NCBI RefSeq assembly: GCF_006345805.1
Contig: NC_043000.1
Span: forward strand, 145,948,001-146,012,000
Reading direction: 5' to 3'
Source of the DNA: Octopus sinensis
Lineage: Eukaryota
DNA: 64,000 nucleotides
Shown here: positions 28,858 through 39,620 of the stretch, in pieces
How positions within the stretch are numbered: the stretch's first letter is position 1
Layout of the letters: each line of letters opens with the position of its first letter
Translations under genes and position numbers: made by a program
The notes under the pieces: generated by a model
Database searches by the model: none
Told to the model about the DNA's origin: nothing
What the model saw: only the letters and a program-made list of their open reading frames with translations

Positions 28858-29045
28858 GAATTAATGTCGACTTACCTTGCAGCAATATTTCGGAGTTGTG
28901 ACCCCATTTTCAAGAAACTAATGAATCTTGCCGATGTGCGTGTGTGCGAACGCTCACACACAGCACATTGGCGACATTCGTTAATTTCTCGAAAATGGGG
29001 TCACAACACCGAAATTTTGAATGCAAGGTAAGTCTATATTAATTC
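28858..29045. mobile_element. palindromic MITE-like element
   Basis: About 90-bp imperfect inverted arms gaattaatgtcgacttaccttgca... / ...tgcaaggtaagtctatattaattc; mismatches are mostly transitions. Confidence 0.7.
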
Positions 29046-29171
29046 CTATGTTTGTTTTCTTGTGATTTGCCTTGCATTTACTTCGCATTGTTCTGGCCTT
29101 ACCCACGTTCCTTTATGCAATACTTCATACTAATGCTTCATAATAATTATTCCAATCAGATATATACTTTC

Positions 29172-29351
29172 TTTTACTCTTTTAGCACCACCTTAAGTCG
29201 AGAAAATCGACCCCGGGACTTATTCTTTTGTAAGCCCAGTACTTATTCTATCGGTCACTTTTTGCCGAACCGCTAAGTGATGGGAACGTAAACACACCAG
29301 CATCGGTTGTCAAGCGATGGTGGGGGGACAATCACAGACACACAAATATAT

Positions 29352-29403
<52 letters not shown>

Positions 29404-29543
29404 GACAGGCTTCTTTCAGTTTCCGTCTACCAAATCTACTCACAAGGCATTGGTCGGCCCGAGGCTATAGCAGAAGACACTTGCCCAAGATGCCACCCGG
29501 AACCATGTGGCTGGTTAGCAAGCTACTTACCACACAGCCACTC
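29172..29543 (-). mobile_element. tRNA-derived SINE with internal (TA/CA)n microsatellite
   Basis: Minus-strand head gagtggctgtgtggtaagtagcttgct, body cttgggcaagtgtcttctgctatagcctcgggccgacc, tail gaataagtactggg...ggggtcgat. Confidence 0.8.
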
Positions 29544-29619
29544 TTCTATTTTTTTTAAAGTTACTGTTTATGAAGTTCTCCTATATTGTCGTTGGAAGCT
29601 CGAAATAGGTAGTAATTAA

Positions 29620-30171
29620 CAGTTGACAACAGAGGAGATGTTAGATTTCTTTTGGTAATTTGTCCCGTACTTGTCTCTCATGTGTTTACAAATTTGTCCT
29701 ATTCTTAATGTATATCTTTTGGTAATTTTGCCATGTACTTATCGCTCGTGTGTCCACGTTGGTGATGTACTTGATGTATTTTACATTTATCTATTTATTA
29801 TCGAACGCCACGCAGCCTTGTCCGCAGTAAGTTTCTACTTTATATATAATTTCTGCGACTCTCTCTGTTCCCTTTCCTTTTTCTTACTTTCTTTCTCTCT
29901 CTACCCCTCAAAAATCCTCTTTATTTTCTGTCTCTACCCCTCCTTCTTTGCTGTCCTCTGTCTATCTTTATTCCACTCCTCACTATCCTTCGTTTCTTCT
30001 CCCTTCTCCTCACTTTTGTTTCTTTCCCTCATTCTCTCACTTCCATCCCTTTTCCTCTGACTGTTTCTTCCTACGTAACTACAAGACATATTTTTTCTCC
30101 CTTCTGTCTTTTCTGGATGCGATGCGTCCTTAGCTGGGCATAATTTTCTATCGCCCCCGACATTTTCCCCC

Positions 30172-30212
<41 letters not shown>

Positions 30213-30447
30213 CACACACACAGACACACACACACGCGCGCGCGCGCACACACACATACATATATATACGCATCTTTGCTCTCCTTGTTTCTCTCCTTGT
30301 TTTTTTTTCTGTATCTTTCTGTCGAAGAGCGTAGGCTCGAAACGTAAAAGACTTGTTCTATTTCTATTCCTGAGCACCATACTAATACATTTGTTTGTCT
30401 GTACTCCACCTGCCTTCCTCTTTTGTTTATTTTCGTAAACCTTCCCG

Positions 30448-30450
<3 letters not shown>
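29620..30450 (+). mobile_element. Penelope-type pseudo-LTR fragments
   Basis: Pyrimidine-rich tracts followed by a PLE-type hammerhead and the cctgagc..cata.taataca segment shared with the pLTRs at 46.8, 51.8 and 55.0 kb. Confidence 0.5.
30314..30351 (+). ncRNA. minimal PLE-type hammerhead motif (A6U core variant)
   Basis: tcttt-CTGTCGA-A-GAGC-gtag-GCTC-GAAA-CG-TA-aaaga. Confidence 0.6.
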
Positions 30451-30491
<41 letters not shown>

Positions 30492-31792
30492 CTTCTTTAA
30501 AGTATTGTTTTCAACTGTCTACAAACACAACCACACAGAGATTATGCATACTTCCAAGAGTGAAAAAACATATTCTAAAACTGGATGGGCTGAAATATTC
30601 TAACTGGGGTGAGGCTACGCACCCCATAGCCCCCTCCCCTGTGGCTACATGCCTGTGCAGGAGTCTTCCAGTGGGCATCTAGTAAAATAAAAGCTGTTAT
30701 AGACTGGACTGTCAGATGAAAACTATCTGTGTGAGTGATTGCGCCTCTTGCAGTGTGAAAGGTACAAAACGATATTAAGAAAATGACATCTTAAAGTTAT
30801 AGAAATGGAAAAATTTGTGGAACGTGTGGATTTTTGGGAAATACTGCTTAATTTGCTGCAGGAATGTTCTAGATATACTAGATATACTAGGAAAAACATG
30901 TATATTGGAGCGGAGTCGAAACCAGGTTACCTTTCCCTTCTTAAAAATCCTTGAGATTAGTGATTCGAGAAGGAGCTATACCATATACAATCAATTACTT
31001 TTAATGGCTCATAATAATGAGTTACTACCTCTGTCTGAAGCTAGTTTTGAAACTATCTTGCTGATACGTCTAATTTCTTATTACAGCTGGCAAAGATTGG
31101 TGTGTCTAAATATGAAACTAATTTTCTTGATGTTTTTAAGAGACACCAATTGCAAAATATGAATTCTAGAGTTAAGTCCAGAATAACTACTCCCGTGGAA
31201 TGGAGTCATTGATGCAAGCTATTTTATTCTCAAATAAAAAAACCATTTGATGATCTTTTTACATTCTATATCGCTGACAGACTCCGAATTTCTGATGCTG
31301 TCGCTGTGATCTATAACCACGAGACTACACAATGTGGAAGTGAGATAACCTGCCGCTGAATACAAAGAAAGCAAACGAGATATATTGAGTTGTGCTTCCT
31401 TCCACTCGGTCAACATATTCATATGCGCACATGCACAGCATCACACTGTGTACATGCAGTCAGGTATAGGCGTAAATGTTATCTCTTTATTTTCTCTGAC
31501 ACTCATTCCCCCTCCCCCTCTCTCTGCATCTACTTGTATAGATGTGAGAGTAAATGCGCGTGTCTGTATGTATGTATGTATGTATGTATAAATTTATGCA
31601 TATATACACATACGTGTGTGTATGAGTGCGTGTATATATATATATATATAGATAGATGCGCATGTATATGTATTCATAGTGGTATATAGTTCAATTTAGC
31701 CTGGAGATGTTGATTTTACAGGTCGTTGTGATATAGAGCTTCTAAATCTGATCAATTTAACGTGGGATATATATGTATAGAATTTATACATT

Positions 31793-31845
<53 letters not shown>

Positions 31846-31951
31846 TATTCAATAAAGGGTGGAATATAATTAATTTAATAAAATTAATCAATTTCACCTA
31901 GTAGATTTGTCGGTATGGAAAAGATCATATTTGGTAAGGGTTATAATAATT

Positions 31952-32447
31952 ATAATAAAGGGTTAAATGCAACAAGTTGCTCAAAACCACATACCGAAAA
32001 TATTAGAAATAGCAGCCAAAATTGGTCACTATTTCCTCTACTAGTAAAAAGTCTCCACAAACAAACAGAATTTGTAAGCTGTATATGGCAAAAAAAAGGC
32101 AGAAAATAACGAATGCTAGCAGTTCCGTTAAGCCGTCCGATGTTGCAGATCGTACTGGTGTAACGGGTAAGTTTTTTTTTCCCCTAGCATTTCTAGATCT
32201 ATAGGAAATATTATATTGACAAGGAAATGAACCTTCGGTTCTAATCCAGAAACGAGTCGTCTATAATTAATCCAGAGGCTGGGTTTTCGTTATTTTCTGA
32301 CTTTTTTTTGCCATATACAGCTTACAAATTCTGTTTGTTTGTGGAGACTTTTTACTAGTAGAGGAAATAGTGACCAATTTTGGCTGCTATTTCTAATATT
32401 TTCGGTATGTGGTTTTGAGCAACTTGTTCCATTTAACCCTTTATTAT
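31952..32447. repeat. 162-bp inverted repeat pair around a 172-bp spacer (inverted pLTR-like)
   Basis: Arms 31952-32113 and 32286-32447 are near identical. The spacer holds a degenerate hammerhead at about 32211-32267. Confidence 0.85.
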
Positions 32448-32448
32448 T

Positions 32449-32492
<44 letters not shown>

Positions 32493-32545
32493 TATATATT
32501 TATACTTATTGTGTCTATGTATTCAGTTTATATGGGCATAGCTAC

Positions 32546-32617
<72 letters not shown>

Positions 32618-32944
32618 TATATATAAGGGGATATGCCCATTCCGTTGTGGAAACTGCAAACTTGTTAATATCTATTGTATGAGCTCAAGCAGCGCACATC
32701 TAAAAACACTTTGCAATTCGATTCAAAATATAGCCCTGGTCATTCTAACATGTCTTTCCTCAATATTGCCCCTGTGCTTAACAAATCATAGATGTTTCGT
32801 ATAGGCACATGACATAGATATTACGTGCAATTGCGAAATTCGGCCTGCAACTGCAAGTACATTCATTGAGATATGTATACACAGTTGTGATATGATATTC
32901 TCCTTATATATATTTATGTATGTGTTTCTGTATGTATGTATACA

Positions 32945-33123
32945 TACGTATATATATATATATATAATATATACATATATATATATATTATATATATATA
33001 ATATATATATATAATACATATATATATATATATATATAATACATATATATATATATTATATATACATATATTATATATATATATATACATATATATATAC
33101 TATATATATATATATATATAATA

Positions 33124-33154
<31 letters not shown>

Positions 33155-33222
33155 ATATATACATATATATATACATATATATACATATATATATAGATAT
33201 ATATATATACATATATATATAA

Positions 33223-33313
<91 letters not shown>

Positions 33314-33322
33314 ATATATATA
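32945..33322. repeat. long imperfect (TA)n array
   Basis: Direct reading of the sequence. Confidence 0.95.
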
Positions 33323-33898
33323 TGCTCGCTGCTTACGGCTTTTCTATACGCGAATATTTGTTATGGCTTTATTATGGGGCAGGCAAAATGGATATTTCAA
33401 TGTTAATACCATTTCTATGGGCAACGGCAGCACACTTCTAAAAATCCTTTCAATTTACAGTCGAAATATGGGCCTGGTTATTCCAGGATGTGCATTGCTT
33501 CTCCGTTATTGATTCTTATAAAATCATCGTGATCTTCATATTTCTTTTCATTAAATCAAATCTATTTAAAATTTGAACGTGTGTCATGAAAAGTAACCTT
33601 TAGAAAGTTTTACAACGTATTATTAAATATTCGTAACATCATGACACGCCAGGTTTTCTAACAATTTTATTTGAAAGTGTCACAATGACGCCGTGTTGAT
33701 GAGCCAAACTTTTAGGGTTTTTGTATGAAGGGCACTAATAAGGAACATGCACATGTTAGAATACAGAAAGGGCTAGCACAGTGGCAACTACGGAATGATG
33801 AGGAAAATGCTGTAGTGGAAATGTTATCATCGTATAAAATGCTTTACCGCATTTCACCGTACTCTATGTTCTTCTTTATCTTGATAATCATTGTAATG

Positions 33899-34286
33899 GA
33901 GGCGCAATGGCCCAGTGGTTAGGGCAGCGGACTCGCGGTCGTAGGATCGCGGTTTCGATTCCCAGACCGGGCGTTGTGAGTGTTTATTGAGCGAAAACAC
34001 CTAAAAAGCTCCATGAGGCTCCGGCAGGGATGGTGGTGATCCCTGCTGTACTCTTTCACCACAACTTTCTCTCACTCTTACTTCCTGTTTCTGTTGTACT
34101 TGTATTTCAAAAGGGCCGGCCTTGACACTCTCTGTGTCACGCTGAATATCCCCGAGAACTACGTTAAGGGTACACGTGTCTGTGGAGTGCTCAGCACTTA
34201 CACGTTAATTTCACGAGCAGGCTGTTCCGTTGATCGGATCAACCGGAACCCTCGTCGTCGTAACCGACGGAGTGCTTCCATCCAAA
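33899..34286 (+). mobile_element. tRNA-derived SINE with 10-bp TSD
   Basis: A box TGGCCCAGTGG and B box GGTTTCGATTCC in a tRNA-like head. TSD cattgtaatg at 33889-33898 and 34287-34296. Confidence 0.88.
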
Positions 34287-34882
34287 CATTGTAATGATGA
34301 TGATAATTAAGTGGATAAACAAATTGTCGTTGTTGCTGTTGCTAGGGCTGCTGTACTTGCAGATGTCATGATGTCCTACGATTGATATTAATATTTGCTT
34401 GTATTTAATAAAGGCAGAAGACAGGAGCTTTCAATGGCATGAAACGCCGGATTATATACAATAGAGTATTTGACTGGTTGTAAATTATATCAACCGTAAG
34501 AAGATGAAAAGCAAAGTTAAACTTATTAGAAATATTTGATCTTAGAATGTAAAGAGCTGGACTAAATACTACAAAGCTCTTCGATGCCCGGGAGATTCTA
34601 CGAATCAACCGAGCTTTTTAATAATACTCATAACAGACTAGTACTAGAGGTTGTGTGACAATACTGTAAAATATAGTCGGCTGTCAATTGCATGTATGTC
34701 TTGATGAAATGTATACCACGATTTTTGTAATTGTTTGAGGTGCCTGTGTAGCCAGGAATAAATGTAGCCAGGATACATTCTCAAACACCTCTTCGACCAA
34801 ACTTAACATCCTGGGTGTGACACCAGTAGTATTAATAGAGGCAACCACAGATAGACCGACACTCAGTGCTGCTGAGTAGAAT

Positions 34883-34974
34883 GAGGCAACAGAGGTCACA
34901 ACACAAGAGAGTGAAGGTCACAACGCGAGGCAACGAAGGTCACATCACGAGGCAATGAAGATCCCAATACGAGG
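34883..34974. repeat. 22-bp minisatellite, about 4 copies
   Basis: Consensus approximately gaggcaacgaaggtcacaacac. Confidence 0.75.
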
Positions 34975-35121
34975 AATTGAAGCAACGACGTATATCTGTT
35001 GCACTATGCTAAGATAAAAAGAAATAACATATGTTGTGATGAAAACAGAACTTCATATAATGATTGTTCTAGTATTATAAATATTTTAATTTCATCTACA
35101 TTATTTTGTTAACTTGTTAAA

Positions 35122-37156
35122 TATAGGTTTTTGCAGTCATTTTCGTACGTTTGTCATTCAATTTGATAATCGGGTCATTCAAAGCCGCGAAAAGATTTAG
35201 CGCCATGAAGTTAGCCATTCACATTCGTTTTTCGATCACTAACTTTCGCACTTCGGTCAAAGAGTTTAGCATTTCCATCATTCAAATTAAATACCCGTGG
35301 AGACCATTCAAATTAGTCGGAATGCGAGGAAGTGTCTTTTCGAGCAATCAAATCAGCACGATAGATGTTATCATAGTCACGTCTTTTCATCTATTCTTTA
35401 TGATTTAAGCATTCTGTCATGCACATGTCTTTTCTATTTTTGCATTCCAGCGTTTTCAGCCATTTTAAAGAAACTCACAATAACAACAAATGCTCATTTT
35501 CTTTGATTCGGAATATATTATGATGCGATAAGTGTTCTTCCTTTGCATAATAAGACCTGTTGGCAAAAGTATACATTTCTTTGATTTTTGCATTTTTTTT
35601 GTTTCATCGGGGTAAAAGTGTCATGTACACTAAGATAATTATTGATTTACAGTCTTTATAAGGAGAGTTCGTTTGAGAGGGTTTAGCCAGCTCTTTCCTG
35701 GCGGTCGAGGCATCTCTGGTTGTGTCTATAGCAACGACAACCATTTTCTGGAGTGATAGCTTTGATGTTACGCCTTGTGATCTGTTTTATGGCAAGTGCT
35801 CGCCATTCTTCCATGTTTCTTTTGCAACAGCCAGTCATCAATCCATTGCTGCAACTCAGCTCGGGCGAGAGCCCACTTCACAGCCGCCTTAAGGGCAGAA
35901 TGCACCATTTCCGTAAAATAAAAGAAAAAAACAAAACAGCGCTTCTCTTAACTGTACGGAGTTTCAGATTGATCCATGGGTCTGAGTCAGCTGCGAGCAC
36001 GGCAGAAACGTGTAGCAGCGACATGTCGTAGATCAAGCAGGCAGATTCATCCGCTAGGAACGTGTTGGCACATGGTCAAACTGTTTCCACCAAGAACTCC
36101 TCAAAAGAGTTTTGTACAATGATATCGTTCGCAATGGAACGGTGAACCAGGCCGATTTCTCGCGACTCAGCGTAAATGACGTTGCAGTTTTTCCCACGTT
36201 GACGGTTGACAACTCGGCAGAATGAAACGTCGCGAGGGGCCCACCTAAAAGACCGCTTGGTCGAAATGTTGCATCCACATTCATCGATGAATAGGCAATG
36301 ACCGACAACTCCCTCTTCCATGAACGAATAAGCGTACTCATAACGCTTTTCCAGTGTTCTTAGGACATTTCTTGCATCTGGGACGTGTTCGGTCAACTTC
36401 ATAGTTATCAACATCCCATCTAGAGCCCGTGAGATTACAGACACGAAAACAGGCAGCTGTACAGGCAATGCTGCCGCTAAGTCCCTCTTTATCTGTTGAA
36501 GGATTGCGAGTGGGTTAGCAAGCCTTGGCTCCCATTTCCTCATCAAATTAACGTGGTAAAAACCTCCTATGGGCAACTTGTGGCGCCTCCCAGACCATAG
36601 GCATATTGTTACTTTGGATTGGGCAGTACTCCTTTTCATATCAAGTGTGTCTGTCAGTTGCAGGTAATTGGTTTGATGTCCCTCATAGGTGTCAACCAGG
36701 CTTGCTCTATCTGTCCGATATACGCATGTGCCTTACGCGTGGCTCCATTATTACAGATTGGTGTAAGAGAAAGGGATATAAAAAGCAATTTATACCGACC
36801 GGTTACGAATGTTACAATGAAAAGACTTTCGTGCAAGTTAAATTGGTCATTTTTAACATTCACTTCTTAGAATGTGAGTAAAAACACACTGGTAAAATTA
36901 GTGCTAAATTGAATAAACTTCTTCCAAACTCAACTGCTCACGTGCAAATCTGAATGCTCGGAAAGACACTTCCTCGCATTCCGACTAATTTGAATGATGT
37001 AAATGTGAAATGCTTAGACCGAAGTGCGAAGGTGATTCATCGAAAAACGAATTTGTATGACTAACTTCATGGTGCGAATTTTTTTCCCACTTAGAATGAA
37101 TGACTTGATTATCAAATTGAGTGACAAACGTATGAAAATGAATGCAAAAACCTATA
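35122..37156 (-). mobile_element. IS630/Tc1-mariner superfamily DNA transposon with long imperfect TIRs
   Basis: About 220-bp inverted ends (35122-35345 versus 36955-37156, tataggtttttgca / tgcaaaaacctata) enclose a disrupted DDE transposase. Confidence 0.8.
35700..36748 (-). pseudogene. disrupted IS630/Tc1-like DDE transposase
   Basis: HTH region (KRSTAQS..GRRHKLP.GG), LFIDECGCNISTKRS, RGKNCNVIYA.S..GLVH, LIYD, TEMVHSALKAAV. Stops and frameshifts are present. Confidence 0.75.
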
Positions 37157-37266
37157 TTATTAAAGGCATCTTACTAAATAGTGTATAAAGACCTTGACAA
37201 TCAGGATGAAATATATTTATTTAAGCTTTTTATGTAAATTGCCGCAGATTTAACTAATATATAATA

Positions 37267-37305
37267 CTAGCATTATGACCCGTCGTTGCCGGGTTATAGT
37301 GCTAG
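37267..37305. repeat. 39-bp hairpin with CTAG at both ends (Helitron 3'-end-like)
   Basis: ctagcattatgacccg-tcgttgc-cgggttatagtgctag. Confidence 0.6.
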
Positions 37306-37362
37306 TGCATGTATACATGTGTATATATATGTGTACATATTACATGTACATCTATATATATA

Positions 37363-37760
37363 CAATAATAAATCTCTGAACGAGGTATAAACAGTAACTG
37401 CACGATAATATGAGGTATATTTGCCATCTCAATATGGCTAACCACTAAGGATGGGTGTTACTGTAGCTTGTAGCCCCAGGAGAACATCGTCTCTAGCTGG
37501 TTATTGACACATTCTCGGTGCCCTATCGGTATTTGCAAAGGGAGGTCATCCTTCCCTCGTCAACCTAAGTGATACGCACGGACTGCAGTTTCTGGGTCTT
37601 GACCCGTCATCAGCGTACGACAATCACCGGTTTTCGATGAAAGGAGTTTCCAATGCAAATATTAATATCCTTTTTCCAGTAACTTTACGTCACTGATCTC
37701 GAAAAAGTGTATACAAGCAATAATAAATCTCTGAACGAGGTATAAACAGTAACTGCACGA
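37363..37760 (-). mobile_element. hammerhead-containing 355-nt unit with 43-bp terminal redundancy (non-LTR retrozyme or pLTR-like)
   Basis: Identical 43-mer at 37363-37405 and 37718-37760. Hammerhead at 37575-37619; homologue at 23.5 kb. Confidence 0.65.
37575..37619 (-). ncRNA. type I hammerhead ribozyme motif
   Basis: cgtacg-CTGATGA-c-GGGT-caag-ACCC-a-GAAA-CTGCAG-TC-cgtgcg. Stem I is 6 bp, stem III is the palindrome ACTGCAGT, and the GUC site predicts cleavage between 37581 and 37580. Confidence 0.75.
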
Positions 37761-38000
37761 CAATGGGGACATTTTTAATTTTTATCCGGGGTGTCCTACG
37801 TCCTGTATATAAAGGTAAAAATAAAATATTTCGACTTTGAAAGGTTCGAGTCGAGTACTCCCTTGCAAGCTCCGTTGACAAAAACCTTGCTTCTATTGTG
37901 ACAAGTTTACCGCCTCTGGTTAGATACTTGATATCTTTCATAGTCGCAACAATACACTTTTCGATGGTGCTTTCCTGCAGTTGTTCAAATCTTTTTTTCT
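37761..38000 (-). mobile_element. L1/Tx1-like ORF1 fragment
   Basis: KYLTRGGKLVTIEARF...LFLPLYTGRRTPRIKIKNVP resembles the RRM-like region of LINE ORF1 proteins. Confidence 0.4.
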
Positions 38001-38100
38001 CTACATTGTATACTTTATAGACAATAGTCTTTTCTTTAATTTAATTTTTTATTTCGTTTGGTGGTGTTATCCTAGATTCACTGTCTTTTCGGTGATCAAT

Positions 38101-38650
38101 CCACTTAGAGACATGCTCAACTGGTTATGGTCAAACAACTGACAAGCAAATCTGTGGTATTGAGCAGAATATTTGCTATAAAAGATGGGCTACAGCAAAT
38201 ATTCTGCTCAATACCACAGATTTGCTTGTCAATTGTTTGACCATAACCAGTTGACCGTGTCCCTTAGTGGATGACGATATGTGCATCTCTGATCACGTGC
38301 AGAAGTAGTGGGGGGGGGGGAGAATCATAGCCATGTGTTGAGATGGATTCTTTGTGGTTTGAATAATTCACCTCTGGAAACATGGGTGTTTCGTTGAACA
38401 TCCTTAAACAACCATTATTCAGAGACCTTTCGAACGGGATGGGTTACTCGACCAGAAGAAAATTACAATTGGGCCCCACTGCGAGGTCTTCTGCTGTTTA
38501 TCTTGATATGGGATCACCCTTTCGCGCACATATGATTGTGATATATGTACCTAGTGTACATTTATCAGACGGGTAGTCATGATGGGTATACTGGACTTTG
38601 TATATTTTACCCCAATGTCACTTTGATGGCATACACTGCTCTGTCACTCA
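38101..38650 (+). mobile_element. (TAA)n-tailed retroposon copy with 5' fold-back inversion
   Basis: 38180-38650 is the reverse complement of 10441-10915. 38101-38177 is an inverted duplicate of 38194-38270. Confidence 0.8.
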
Positions 38651-38879
38651 ATAATAATAATAATAATAATAACAATAATTATAATCACTAGGCAACACTT
38701 TCCAAATTTCGCTCGCAGGCAATGAGAATACAGTCGCTCAATGATGAACACATTCTTTTTTCCGCCTCTCGTCCCCCCACTTTCTGTCTTTCTTGTCTCT
38801 TTCATTTTTTCTACATCTCCCGCCGGACCTAATTTATTTGAGCACGTGTTATTTACCCTTCTGCCACCACCATGACTGA

Positions 38880-39620
38880 AGTTGTGAAATCGATTCAAAT
38901 CTAGATAACTGAATTCTAGTAAAATATAGACTAGACAACACAGCAGAAAGAGATAAGTGCAGAATCTGTGGACAAAATGGTGAAACCGTATGACATATTA
39001 TCAGCCAATGTACGCCACTAGCCCAGAAGGAATATAAGAGACGCCACGACTATATAGCAAAGATTGTCAATGGACACTCTGCAACAAGTATGGACTTAAC
39101 AGAGCAAATAATCGGTACGACCACAAACCTGAAGGCATCGTCGAAAAGGGAAATGCAAAGATCCTATGGGATTTTATGATTCAGTGCGACCATGAGATAG
39201 AGAATAGGAAGCCGTGCATAGTCTTAATTGAGAAAGAAAACAAACTACACTGGATCATAAATATAGCATGCCCAGCTGACAAAAAGGTATGCGATAAAGA
39301 AGAAAGAAAAGTCGAGAGATATGACAGGTTATCTTGGGAATTTAAGCAGCTGTGGTCAATGAAAAAGATAGCAATAGTACTAATAATTGTCGGAGCCCTG
39401 GGAACAGTGAGCATAAATCTCGAGAAGTACGTAGAACAAATAGGGGCTGCAATAAGGGTGGATCACTAGCAGAAAACAGTACTGCTTCGAACTGCTCGAA
39501 TACTCCGGAAGGTGCTCGTAAAATAAGAGGTGTTGCCTTACTTCACTGGTTGGGAACGGACCAGCTATCACTGTGGTGCGTCTAAATTAACTTCTGCAGA
39601 CCTATGGGTCGACCAAGAAG
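38880..39620 (+). mobile_element. Dong/R4-clade 3' fragment (CCHC + RLE)
   Basis: KCRICGQNGETV.HIISQC.PLAQKEYKRRHD, MIQCDHEIENRKP.IVLIEK, IIVGALGTVS. Same family as 11060-13662 and 61770-62282. Confidence 0.88.

Noticed and set aside
33899-33975. tRNA-like sequence
   Set aside because: It is the head of a SINE with body and TSD; no proper acceptor stem was seen.
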